Assembly (NCBI GenBank): GCA_945876965.1 | Contig: CAMCQG010000001.1 | Span: 11,138-75,137 of the forward strand | Source: Rickettsia typhi | GTDB taxonomy: Bacteria; Pseudomonadota; Alphaproteobacteria; Rickettsiales; Deianiraeaceae | Length of the DNA: 64,000 nucleotides | Reading direction: 5' to 3' | Part shown: one piece after another, positions 34,940 through 44,404 of the stretch | How the letters are laid out: each line of letters starts with the position of its first letter | How positions within the stretch are numbered: the stretch's first letter is position 1 | The notes under the pieces: model-generated | What the model was told of the DNA's origin: nothing | The model's database searches: none | What the model saw: the letters and a program-made list of their open reading frames with translations, nothing else | Made by a program: the position numbers and the translations under genes

Positions 34940-35344
34940 ATGCAACAAGAAGCAAAAAACTGCGAGGATTTTAAATTAACAGATAAAGCATGTGTTAAAA
35001 TTCATGAGATATTATCAAGCGAAGAAGCAAAACAGGCAGTTTTAGATTCTGGTGCCGATATCGATATAAATAATGCTTTTATTAGATTTTCTGTTATGCC
35101 GGGTGGTTGCAAAGGTATGCAATATGATTTTTCATTGGACACAAAACACGAAGATGGTGACTTATTGTTAAGTGATAACGGTAAAATAATTGTGGTTGTT
35201 GATAATGTTTCCCTACCTTTTGTTCAAGGCTCAGAACTTGATTATACAGAATCTTTGGGTAGCTCATCTTTTAAAGTTGTTAATCCAAATATGGGTGGCG
35301 GAGGAGGTTGTGGTTGTGGAAAATCATTTACCCCAAATGAATAA
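34940..35344 (+). CDS. erpA: iron-sulfur cluster insertion protein (HesB/IscA/ErpA family)
   Basis: GGCKGMQYDF and the C-terminal NPNMGGGGGCGCGKSF match the three-Cys A-type carrier signature. Confidence 0.8.
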   Translation: MQQEAKNCEDFKLTDKACVKIHEILSSEEAKQAVLDSGADIDINNAFIRFSVMPGGCKGMQYDFSLDTKHEDGDLLLSDNGKIIVVVDNVSLPFVQGSELDYTESLGSSSFKVVNPNMGGGGGCGCGKSFTPNE

Positions 35345-35355
35345 TTTATTATTAT

Positions 35356-35997
35356 ATGTTTCTAGAAAAACTAAAAGAAAGTTTTGATAAAAATGTAATA
35401 CAGCAACCAATTAAATTACCAGAAGAATCTTATCCATCAATGCTGAGAAATATGATTGCATTCTGTTTAGATTCTTTGTTTTTAGGTGCAATTAGAATGG
35501 TAATAATACTGATTTCATCTTTATTTATCAATTCATATCGTGTGGAATTTATAGATAAATTTAATGGATTATTTGGCAATATATCACATTTTGATATAAC
35601 AATGCGGTTTCATAGGTATATATTTTTTACATCTACTTTTGGTAAAGGAATTATAATTGTTATATTTTTATGTATTTTAGCAGGGATTATCTATCATAGC
35701 TATATGCTACAAACAAAATGGTGTGCAACTTTTGGCAGAAGAATAATCAACATATATATTGTTAAGAATAATAATGAAAAATTAACAGCAATTCAATCAA
35801 CAATACGAACTATTTTAAACTATATACCTTGGTTTTTACCATTTTTAGCTTATTATACATGGTTTGATCACCGATATATATCCATTGTCTGCATATTATT
35901 ATCTTGTTTTTGGAGTGACACATATGTGTTTTCTGGCAAAAGAATTGGTATTCAAGATATTATCATGAAAACAAGCCCTCGTATAGGTAAAAAATAG
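35356..35997 (+). CDS. RDD-family membrane protein
   Basis: MLRNMIAFCLDSLFLGAI (R...D), FGRRIINIYIV and the C-terminal IQDIIMKT fit the RDD pattern. Several TM segments. Confidence 0.45.
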   Translation: MFLEKLKESFDKNVIQQPIKLPEESYPSMLRNMIAFCLDSLFLGAIRMVIILISSLFINSYRVEFIDKFNGLFGNISHFDITMRFHRYIFFTSTFGKGIIIVIFLCILAGIIYHSYMLQTKWCATFGRRIINIYIVKNNNEKLTAIQSTIRTILNYIPWFLPFLAYYTWFDHRYISIVCILLSCFWSDTYVFSGKRIGIQDIIMKTSPRIGKK

Positions 35998-35999
35998 CT

Positions 36000-36668
36000 T
36001 TATTTTCTAACTAATACTAAAAATAAACTATTATCTCTATTTTGTTTAATTAATTTTGCATTCTCAGGCAGGATATCAACGGTTTTTAAATATTTGCGTA
36101 TTTCTCCTGTTCTTTTTGTTCTGGTTATTAATTCTTGTCCTATATAACAACCTTTATCAAAATCTATTGCTTGCATTTCTTCAAAATTATATTCTAAAAT
36201 AAATGCTTTTTCTTGTTCAAGCCATTCACCGGCTACAATGCAATTTTTTACAAGCAAATCATCGTATTCCGTGTTATTATTTTGTGTTGTTTTGTCGATA
36301 CAAAAGCGGGTACCAAGATTTATTTTACGAGTGTCCAAAAAGCTAAATTTAGCATCGATTATGCTATCAATACCTGCTGCAATTTGCAAATTATTTTCAA
36401 TTTCTATTTCAAATTTACTTCGTAATTTATATTTATTAAGCGTTTTAATAAAGCCCCCAACAAAATCACAAAAAATATCAATATAAATGCAATCTTGACT
36501 AGATTTATAAACAAAAAAATCGTATAAAAACCTAGATTGCGAATTTAAAATTGTATTATAGCAACTCTGTAATTTTATAATATTATTTGTGCATAAAGAA
36601 TTAACAAACTTAACCGAATCTGCCCCATAAACTTTAATTATTGCTCTATTTTGTAAGTAATAAATCAT
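36000..36668 (-). CDS. ygfZ: folate-binding protein YgfZ family
   Basis: KGCYIGQELITRTKRTGEIRK is the conserved KGCYxGQE motif. Confidence 0.75.
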   Translation of the reverse strand: MIYYLQNRAIIKVYGADSVKFVNSLCTNNIIKLQSCYNTILNSQSRFLYDFFVYKSSQDCIYIDIFCDFVGGFIKTLNKYKLRSKFEIEIENNLQIAAGIDSIIDAKFSFLDTRKINLGTRFCIDKTTQNNNTEYDDLLVKNCIVAGEWLEQEKAFILEYNFEEMQAIDFDKGCYIGQELITRTKRTGEIRKYLKTVDILPENAKLIKQNRDNSLFLVLVRK

Positions 36669-38254
36669 ATCTTATTTTTGTTTAAACATAATCCGTGCTC
36701 TGTTTTTTCCCAAGTATATTCTTGATTGTTGTAAATTTGATAAATTGCACGCAAACAAGCAATTGTCTGTCCAACACAATAAAACGGAAAAACAATTCCC
36801 GTCCTTATTGAACACCACAAAGACATATTTAATTTAAAAAAACAATAAAAAATATAAAATATTGTCAATAAAATAAAACACGCCATACAAATAATAACAA
36901 AAATATTATCGGTATATAGCGTCTCTATGTCGACAAGCCATTTTGCCACATAAATTAAAATTAAAAACGACATTAACAACGAATTTATAACCACAAAAAA
37001 ACATAAATTATTAAAATTTAAGCTATCAATAAAACTAACTTTTTTTGAATTAAAATATTGAAAATATGCAACTAAAGTAACAATATAACCCTTAATCCAT
37101 CTGGTTCTCTGGTTAAGCCATGCTTTTACCGATATAACAGATTCCTCCTCTGTTTTGCTGTTTAAATAATCCACCTCGAAGCCCTTTTTTACCATTCTGC
37201 AACTCAATTCTGCATCTTCGGTTACATTGAATGCATCCCATGATCCAATAGATTCCACTGCTGATGTTTTGCAATGATTAGTTGTGCCGCCAAGAGGAAT
37301 AAAACCGCCAAATTTTTTTACACCCGGCAATAAAATATCAAACCAAATTGAATATTCCAAACTGCAAAGATTTGTAATCAAATTATAATTTTTATTATAA
37401 TAACATAAAGATCCTTGCAAAGCTATTGTTTTGGATGGTGAATTTGCAAATTGTGAAACTACTTTTTTCAATTGCAAAATATCAGGAATATCTTCGGCAT
37501 CATAAATAGCTAAATATTCTCCACGAGCAAACAAAAATGCAAAATTAAGAGCCTTTGGTTTATTTTGTGGAACACTAAATGGCACAATAATTACAGTTAT
37601 AAAATATGGTAAATCGATTGTTTTTATCATATCTATCATTTGCCTGTCATCCTCTTCTAATACAATTTTAATATCTAGTAAATGCGATGGATAATCTATT
37701 GCCACTATGCTATCTATGGATTGCCGCAAAACATCAATTTCTTTATACATTGGTATCAAAATTGTAAAAGTTGGTAAATTTATATTACCTATTTTATGTT
37801 CTATTTTTTTACGACATCCAGAAATCATAAAAACGATTCTAATTATTATATTTGAAGCATACCAAAGCCAAAATAATGATGGCATTATAATCAATAAAGA
37901 TAAAATTGCCGACACCAAATATATAAATTTATAATAAATTTTTTGTCCATTAAAATAAATAGTTTTTGCTTTTTGTTTTCTACTAAAAACAGAATTTTTT
38001 GTTAGTTGTTTGGCAAATAATTTAGATAATAATTTTTGATATAAATCAAATGATATATTAATTTTTACTTGCTCATATCTCGCCAGAAAAATAGGATTTT
38101 TATCTATTGTATAAAAAACTACAACATCGCCATATTTTTTATGTTTTGCTGTAAAAAAACCATCTTTAATATAATTTCTAAATTTTGTATATTCAAATTT
38201 TTCTGTTTCAAAATCGTCACTATTTAGTTCTGTTAGCGAAAGAATATTTTGCAT
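36665..38254 (-). CDS. membrane-bound family 2 glycosyltransferase (processive-type, QxxRW)
   Basis: ILIPMYKE..., YDAEDIPD (the DxD motif), QRTRWIKG (Q-x-x-R-W), and several TM helices on both sides of the catalytic domain. Confidence 0.7.
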   Translation of the reverse strand: MQNILSLTELNSDDFETEKFEYTKFRNYIKDGFFTAKHKKYGDVVVFYTIDKNPIFLARYEQVKINISFDLYQKLLSKLFAKQLTKNSVFSRKQKAKTIYFNGQKIYYKFIYLVSAILSLLIIMPSLFWLWYASNIIIRIVFMISGCRKKIEHKIGNINLPTFTILIPMYKEIDVLRQSIDSIVAIDYPSHLLDIKIVLEEDDRQMIDMIKTIDLPYFITVIIVPFSVPQNKPKALNFAFLFARGEYLAIYDAEDIPDILQLKKVVSQFANSPSKTIALQGSLCYYNKNYNLITNLCSLEYSIWFDILLPGVKKFGGFIPLGGTTNHCKTSAVESIGSWDAFNVTEDAELSCRMVKKGFEVDYLNSKTEEESVISVKAWLNQRTRWIKGYIVTLVAYFQYFNSKKVSFIDSLNFNNLCFFVVINSLLMSFLILIYVAKWLVDIETLYTDNIFVIICMACFILLTIFYIFYCFFKLNMSLWCSIRTGIVFPFYCVGQTIACLRAIYQIYNNQEYTWEKTEHGLCLNKNKI

Positions 38255-38259
38255 ATAAA

Positions 38260-38895
38260 TTAATAATCTATTCCAGAGTTTATTGGCGGATTAATCATTG
38301 CCACCGAATCTTCTTTGGTTTGTTTAACTTGATCCGACACAAAAGATCTTTTTGGCACTATTTTAACATATTTCAAAGTCATTAAAATTGCACCAATAAC
38401 CCCGATTAACAGAATTATCGCAGTCAAAACAAGCTCATTTTGATATGTTCCATATAATAAATTTGCTATTTTCTTAATATCAGAATAATCACTTTTTATA
38501 AAAACATAATCTTTTAAGCCATCGGTGTATTTAAACAATGTTCGCACAACTTCAAATATAAAAATTATTACAAATATTGCAACTATCGGCCAACCTTCTG
38601 TAAATGGTCTTTTTGCCACAACGCTCGCTTTATAATTTACCATCATTATTACAAACAAAAACAATACAGCAATCGCACCAGCATATACTATAACAAGCAA
38701 TAAACCTAAAAATTCCGACCCAATTGACATAAAAATCATTGCCATATTAAGAACCATAGCAACCAAAAACAACAATGAATAAACTGGATTTTTAACCAAC
38801 AATGCACCAATCGCAAAAGAAACCATTAATCCACTACAAAAATATGGAAATAAATCAAATATTTGCATTAAATAACAAGTAATTATTGTAATCAC
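38260..38895 (-). CDS. nuoJ: NADH-quinone oxidoreductase subunit J
   Basis: LVKNPVYSLLFLVAMVLNMAMIF...VIVYAGAIAVLFLFVIMM is typical of NuoJ. Length 211 aa. Confidence 0.85.
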   Translation of the reverse strand: MITIITCYLMQIFDLFPYFCSGLMVSFAIGALLVKNPVYSLLFLVAMVLNMAMIFMSIGSEFLGLLLVIVYAGAIAVLFLFVIMMVNYKASVVAKRPFTEGWPIVAIFVIIFIFEVVRTLFKYTDGLKDYVFIKSDYSDIKKIANLLYGTYQNELVLTAIILLIGVIGAILMTLKYVKIVPKRSFVSDQVKQTKEDSVAMINPPINSGIDY

Positions 38896-38989
38896 AAAAT
38901 ATCAAAGTAATTAAAAAACAACAATTATTTTTATTTATTGATTATTATATTTTATATATTGATGTTTATTAACATTAATTGATATTTTT

Positions 38990-39343
38990 ATGAATAAAAT
39001 TCTATTGTTTGCATTGTTATTTACTCCACAATTTGCATTTGCAGCTGAAGATGCGCCAACGGCACAAAATGCATTTATGTCTTTTGCTCCATTGTTGATT
39101 ATTTTTGCAGTTTTTTACTTATTTATTATGCGTCCACAACAACGCAAAGCTGCAGAATTTAATGTTATGCTTGATAACCTTAAAATTGGCACAAAAGTTG
39201 TTACAACAGGAGGAATTATTGGTGTTATAAAAGATATTGATAAAGAAAAAGAATTATTCACTGTTACAATTAGTGATGGCGTTTCTGTTCTTATTTATAA
39301 AAAATCAGTTACAAGTGTTTTTGATCAAGAGGAAAAAAAATAA
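38990..39343 (+). CDS. yajC: preprotein translocase subunit YajC
   Basis: PLLIIFAVFYLFIMRPQQRKAAEF...LKIGTKVVTTGGIIGVI is the YajC signature. Confidence 0.9.
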   Translation: MNKILLFALLFTPQFAFAAEDAPTAQNAFMSFAPLLIIFAVFYLFIMRPQQRKAAEFNVMLDNLKIGTKVVTTGGIIGVIKDIDKEKELFTVTISDGVSVLIYKKSVTSVFDQEEKK

Positions 39344-39350
39344 GCATTTA

Positions 39351-40328
39351 ATGAAAAAAATATTTTTCGTATTAATTTCTGTTATAGCCGTTGTTTATTT
39401 TGCTATAAATAAAGTACCTGTCAGCAAAAATTTTGATTTGATTATAGAAAAAAATAATAATTTTTTTATAATATCAAAAAAATTATACCCCAACAGTGCT
39501 ATAATGCAACATTTTACTGTTTTTTATGGCAGAATTTGGATGGGCATAAATAAAAAATTTATTCAACAAGGAGATTACGAGATACACACATATGATACAA
39601 TAAAAAGTGTTATTAAAAAAATTGGTTTAGGCGAAGTCAAAAGATATAAAATATTTTTTCCAGAAGGTGTAACCACAAAATATATTATAAACGAAATAAA
39701 TAAAAGTAATATTTTAAGCGGTAAAATATCAGAAAATATCTCAGAAGGAGAGCTAATGCCAGATACCTATAGTATCACCAGATTTGAAGAAAAAACGGTT
39801 TTAATATCTACCATGAAACGCGAAATGGATAGATATTTAAAAAGACAATGGACAAAAAGAGATAAAGATTTACCATTTAAAACCCCATATGAAGCATTGA
39901 TTTTGGCTTCGATTGTAGAAAAAGAAGTTGGAGCTTCATATTGTAATCAAAATGAATATGAGCATATCGCAGCTGTTTTTATAAACCGATTAAACAAAAG
40001 AATGCGACTGCAATCATCTCCAACAGTATTTTATGGTATGAAAATTGATGGCATTGAGCACGGAGATGTCAATACAATAAACAGAAATCCTACATTTAAT
40101 GAGCTAAAAATTGATCATCCATACAATACCTATAAAAAAATAGGATTGCCCCCAACCCCAATTTGCAATCCAAGTAAAAAAGCAATTATGGCGGTTTTGC
40201 ATCCATCAAAAATTGATGCCTTATTTTTTATGAGTAATGGTAAAAATTGCCATGTTTTTACAAAAACTTTTGATGAGCATAAGGTTGTTATTAAGGAATA
40301 TAGAAGATTAATGAAAAAAAGAATATGA
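39351..40328 (+). CDS. mltG: endolytic murein transglycosylase MltG (YceG-like)
   Basis: The internal ATG at 39351 gives MKKIFFVLISVIAVVYF (TM anchor). LILASIVEKE, RLQSSPTV, YNTYKKIGLPPTPICNP are YceG motifs. The longer track ORF overlaps yajC. Confidence 0.85.
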   Translation: MKKIFFVLISVIAVVYFAINKVPVSKNFDLIIEKNNNFFIISKKLYPNSAIMQHFTVFYGRIWMGINKKFIQQGDYEIHTYDTIKSVIKKIGLGEVKRYKIFFPEGVTTKYIINEINKSNILSGKISENISEGELMPDTYSITRFEEKTVLISTMKREMDRYLKRQWTKRDKDLPFKTPYEALILASIVEKEVGASYCNQNEYEHIAAVFINRLNKRMRLQSSPTVFYGMKIDGIEHGDVNTINRNPTFNELKIDHPYNTYKKIGLPPTPICNPSKKAIMAVLHPSKIDALFFMSNGKNCHVFTKTFDEHKVVIKEYRRLMKKRI

Positions 40329-40792
40329 AACAGAAAATTACTAAGGTTTTGATAGAAAACAGAAAAGCTAGCTTTGAATATTTTATAGAAGAAAGATACG
40401 AGGCAGGCATAGTTTTGCTCGGTAGCGAAGTTAAATCTATTCGCCGCGGAATGGCAAATATGGCTAATAATCATGTTGTTATTCGTGCCGATGGAGCTTG
40501 GCTTTCTAATTTTCATGTTTCTCCATATAAAAATGCAGTAATTGATAAACAGCATGATCAGTTGAGATATAAAAAATTGCTTTTACATAAACATCAAATT
40601 GCCAAAATATACGGTAAAATCAAAGAAAAAGGCTTAACATGTATTGCAACAAAGGTATATTGTGCAACAAATAATAAAATTAAAGTCGAAATAGCAATTG
40701 TAAAAGGCAAACAAATGCACGATAAACGCGAAGCAATAAAAGCAAGAGATTTAAAGCGAGATGTACGCAAATTTAACTATGATGAGGAATAA
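40325..40792 (+). CDS. smpB: SsrA-binding protein
   Basis: NRKASFEYFIEERYEAGIVLLGSEVKSIR and LLLHKHQI match the SmpB consensus. Confidence 0.95.
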   Translation: MKQKITKVLIENRKASFEYFIEERYEAGIVLLGSEVKSIRRGMANMANNHVVIRADGAWLSNFHVSPYKNAVIDKQHDQLRYKKLLLHKHQIAKIYGKIKEKGLTCIATKVYCATNNKIKVEIAIVKGKQMHDKREAIKARDLKRDVRKFNYDEE

Positions 40793-40808
40793 TCATTATT
40801 TTTTATTT

Positions 40809-43142
40809 TTAATAAATATTCTCTCGTTCCCACAGCAACAAACCGTTTTCAACCAGTTGTTTATTGATTTTGCGTGCCAGCACATCTCGTGAGTCAAAAA
40901 AGTTTATAAAGGTAGGCAAATCGGCACTACCAACAACAGATTTTATTGTGTTTCGCCCAAAACCTGTGGTGCCTTCGGTTGTTTTTGTTTTAGAAATTCT
41001 AGTATCGTTGGCACTATCAAGTGTTTTAAATTTGCTGGTGTCCTTGCCCATTATAGCGTTTGTAATGTCGTAAAAACTGTCGTTATAGTTTGTGTTAGCA
41101 TAATTTTTATGATAATACAAAAATATTTGCAGAGCTGCCTTTTTTAGGTTTTGTGCCTCCTCGCTAAAATCAAATTGTAAAAGCCACTGCCTAAAATCAA
41201 AGACTTCACTATCTGGATTGCCCAAATCGCCCTCGTTTCTTGCAACATTCAAATCGTTTTTGTTGCAACCAAGCTCTTTGCTTGTAAATGGCATTATGTA
41301 GTTTGGCTGGTTTTTGTTTTCAAACATAAAGTTTTTAAAAAACATAGAAAACATAATAGAATCGTTAAATAGCTCTTGCGGAATTAAATCAACCGTTCCT
41401 CTGTAACAATGATAGCTTCTTTCAAAATATTTAGCATGGCTATTAAAGTTAATACCTTTTGAAAGTAGTGCATATTTTAGATTATTGGCTGTAATTTTAT
41501 TGCTTTTTTCATTCCCACCGCTACCAACAATCATTACATATGTTAAATAAGACCATTGCCCTAAAATCAATCCAGTTTGATTAGCTTTTATTTCTTTTTC
41601 AATTTCTTTTATTAGGTTTGGTTTTGTTTGATTGTAGGTGTAAGTTTTTATAAATTTAAACTCATCTGTTTTTTCATTAAGTTCATATCTATCAATTGCA
41701 ATTTTTGATTTATCAATTTTGTTACCCTTATCTTTATCAAATATAATTTGAGAAATTGGCCATTCGCTAAGTTGAAATGTTGTTTTTGCATTACTCATTA
41801 TACAACTAACAATTTTGTATTTTGAATCAATATAATGCTCAATCTCATCTCTAAAAAATGACTCAGCCGTATAATAAAACACAATTGCCTGTGGATTTAG
41901 TTTTAAAATTTTGTTAAAAAATTCTATTGCCAAATTGTTTGCAACACCCTTTCTTCTTTGGTAAGGTGGGTTTATTATTATCATCAGTTTTTTGCCTTCA
42001 ATTTTGCAAATTTCGTTAATATCCCGCATGGCACCTTGGTGCTTCCATTTTGGTTGGGCTTCGTTTGCTAAATAATCGTATTGAATTACATTTTCAAAAC
42101 CCTTGATTTTGCAAATTTCAACATCGCTTTCTTCGAGGGTTGAAAGGTAGCAATTTTGTTTAAATTCGGTTCCAAATTGATTTTCTAAATTGCCAACCCC
42201 AGCGCAAGTGTCGCAAATTATAAATTCGTCAAGGTTATAGTTTTGTTTTAAAATTTGATTTTGCTTGTCAACAAAGCAAAAAGGAGTATATTCCCCGCCC
42301 GTATCTCGCCTGTATTTATCGCTATAAAGTCTTGCACTTCGTTCGATTATATTCAAAAATTCTTGTTGTTCTGGCGGTCTTTGATATTTGTTCCAAAAGT
42401 TGTTATATTTGACAACATCGTTTATTAAATGAATTATATAATCGTTGTAGATTATCCTTATTTTGTCTGCCGTTTTTTCTATTGTGTATTTATTCAAATA
42501 TACCCCCTCACGAATCAGTGGCTCTTCGTAATCAATAACCGTCTGCCTATATTTTGTTCCGTCTAGGCTGTCTACAAGAAAAAGATTTATCAATTCTTGT
42601 TCGTTTTGCACGGGGTTTTTAAATTCAACAGCGTTTTTCCACGCATTATAAATTATATTTACATTTGTTACGGTAATTTTTATTTTTATATCTTGTGTGC
42701 TAAGCAATTGTTTGGCAATTTCGGCAATTTCGTCGTTTGTATAAACAGTTATTTTGTTGTGAATTCTATCCCAAATTCTGTCAATTGCATCTTTGGTTGG
42801 ACTGCTTGGTTTTTCCGCCTTCCAATTTATGTCGTTATTATACATTATACTGTCTTCGTTGCAATCGATTAAAATCATTATGTCGTGGTTTTGGTCGTTT
42901 TTGTAAATCAAAGCAACTCTATTCAAAATGTGATCTTGTTTTTTGTTGGTTAAAATTGTTTGTGCCAGTGCTTTTTTTAATTCAATCTCGTTTGTTATTA
43001 TATATTTGCTTTCGATATACAAAATATAGTTGTCTTTTTTATCTTTTAACAAAATATCAACTTGTTTTAAAACATCAAATTGACATGTAGCTTTGCCAAA
43101 ATATTTGTTTGCAAATTCTACTTTATAATTGACTTCGCTCAT
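40809..43142 (-). CDS. single-polypeptide type IIG-like restriction-modification protein: N-terminal PD-(D/E)xK-like motif, gamma-class N6-adenine methyltransferase and a C-terminal specificity-like region
   Basis: VDILLKDKKDNYILYIESKY (D...ExK), GGEYTPFCFV (motif X-like), ICDTCAGVGNLE (motif I), MIIINPPYQRRKG (motif IV, NPPY), then about 370 aa unassigned. Confidence 0.65.
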   Translation of the reverse strand: MSEVNYKVEFANKYFGKATCQFDVLKQVDILLKDKKDNYILYIESKYIITNEIELKKALAQTILTNKKQDHILNRVALIYKNDQNHDIMILIDCNEDSIMYNNDINWKAEKPSSPTKDAIDRIWDRIHNKITVYTNDEIAEIAKQLLSTQDIKIKITVTNVNIIYNAWKNAVEFKNPVQNEQELINLFLVDSLDGTKYRQTVIDYEEPLIREGVYLNKYTIEKTADKIRIIYNDYIIHLINDVVKYNNFWNKYQRPPEQQEFLNIIERSARLYSDKYRRDTGGEYTPFCFVDKQNQILKQNYNLDEFIICDTCAGVGNLENQFGTEFKQNCYLSTLEESDVEICKIKGFENVIQYDYLANEAQPKWKHQGAMRDINEICKIEGKKLMIIINPPYQRRKGVANNLAIEFFNKILKLNPQAIVFYYTAESFFRDEIEHYIDSKYKIVSCIMSNAKTTFQLSEWPISQIIFDKDKGNKIDKSKIAIDRYELNEKTDEFKFIKTYTYNQTKPNLIKEIEKEIKANQTGLILGQWSYLTYVMIVGSGGNEKSNKITANNLKYALLSKGINFNSHAKYFERSYHCYRGTVDLIPQELFNDSIMFSMFFKNFMFENKNQPNYIMPFTSKELGCNKNDLNVARNEGDLGNPDSEVFDFRQWLLQFDFSEEAQNLKKAALQIFLYYHKNYANTNYNDSFYDITNAIMGKDTSKFKTLDSANDTRISKTKTTEGTTGFGRNTIKSVVGSADLPTFINFFDSRDVLARKINKQLVENGLLLWERENIY

Positions 43143-43273
43143 AAAAATATATATAATATATTGTAGCTGAATAACATTTTATTTAATTTTAAAGTAAATA
43201 ATATTATTTTGATTTTATGCAACAGTTGTATGTCCAGCACGATAGTTTGTTATTACAAAATTTTATTTTTTGA

Positions 43274-43301
43274 TTGACAAAAAACTTGACTACTATTTAA
43301 T
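43274..43301 (+). promoter_or_regulatory. candidate sigma70-type promoter upstream of the Panacea-domain gene
   Basis: TTGACA (43274-43279), a 16-nt spacer, then TTTAAT (43296-43301), about 40 nt upstream of the ATG at 43344. Matches like this are common by chance in AT-rich DNA. Confidence 0.25.
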
Positions 43302-43343
43302 AGAATACTATTTTGTGTATAAAATTATTAATTTGTAATTGCT

Positions 43344-43988
43344 ATGACAAAAAAAAGACCAATTGATATGACAGGTGATGAGCTTCAGGAGCATAACTTA
43401 AATATAGACCCAAGAGCATTTGCTAACGAGATTTTAGATGCTTGCAAAAGATTGGGATTTATTAAATTTACTCATTTATCTTTTCAAAAATGGCTTTATT
43501 ATTGCTATGCAGTGTCTGTTTGCGGAACACAAAAGTTCCCATTTTTACCAATAGATAGTAATCGTAATATGAATATTGATTTTTGGAAATTCGGCCCAGT
43601 ATGTGTTCCAGTTTATAACGAATTTAAAAATTTTAAAAATAGACCATTGGTGCAAACATTAGATGATTATGACAAAATAGAAATTGATGATGACACTGAA
43701 ATTGATGATAATTTTAATATCATATATAAAAAATGTATTATGCCAGAATCGGAATATAAAAATAGTATCGTAAATGCAATATATCAAGTTCTTATTGGTC
43801 TTAGCGAACATAAATCACATCAATTAGTATGCAAAACTCATAGCCCAAATTCAGCTTGGACACAATTTTTTTCAAAAGATCAAGAAAAAGCTAATCCCCA
43901 AATATTAGAATGTATTATGAACGAAGCACAACATTATGGATACTTTATGGATTTGTGGAAAGAGAATTTTAGCAAATTTAATGATTAA
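43344..43988 (+). CDS. Panacea (DUF4065, SocA-like) domain protein, antitoxin-like
   Basis: LSFQKWLYYCYAVSV and FWKFGPVCVPVYNEFKNF match the KLQKLLYy and W-x-x-GPV-x-x-x-Y blocks of DUF4065. Confidence 0.7.
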   Translation: MTKKRPIDMTGDELQEHNLNIDPRAFANEILDACKRLGFIKFTHLSFQKWLYYCYAVSVCGTQKFPFLPIDSNRNMNIDFWKFGPVCVPVYNEFKNFKNRPLVQTLDDYDKIEIDDDTEIDDNFNIIYKKCIMPESEYKNSIVNAIYQVLIGLSEHKSHQLVCKTHSPNSAWTQFFSKDQEKANPQILECIMNEAQHYGYFMDLWKENFSKFND

Positions 43989-43991
43989 TTT

Positions 43992-44402
43992 ATGGTAGAT
44001 GAAAATATAATTAATGGTAATCCAAGACCAAGAAAGCAATCAGGAAAAACCAAAAATTTTGCTAGCGATTTTAATAATCAGCTTGAAGATGATGCCACTA
44101 TTCAAAATATAGCCAATAAAATATCTAAATCACAAGATTCTGTTGTATTAATAGCAACAGAAATTAATAGACATAATATTAGTCTAGAAAATAAAACACT
44201 AAAAGAAAAAATAGAAAGTTATTTAATAGTCTTCTCTATATTAGGTGGTGTGCTTGTAGGTTTGTTGGCACTTGCGGCATCGTTTTATGTTAGCTACTCT
44301 GCATTACAAAGGGAATTTTTGCAAACAAAAATAGAACAACAAAATGAACGAATAAAAAAATTAGAACAAAATCAAAATCCATTCTTACAACTTATTCGTT
44401 AA
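43992..44402 (+). CDS. small single-pass membrane protein, putative partner (toxin candidate) of the Panacea-domain protein
   Basis: Starts 3 nt after the previous stop. The TM helix is LIVFSILGGVLVGLLALAASFYVSY, followed by a short coiled-coil tail. Confidence 0.45.
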   Translation: MVDENIINGNPRPRKQSGKTKNFASDFNNQLEDDATIQNIANKISKSQDSVVLIATEINRHNISLENKTLKEKIESYLIVFSILGGVLVGLLALAASFYVSYSALQREFLQTKIEQQNERIKKLEQNQNPFLQLIR

Positions 44403-44404
44403 AA

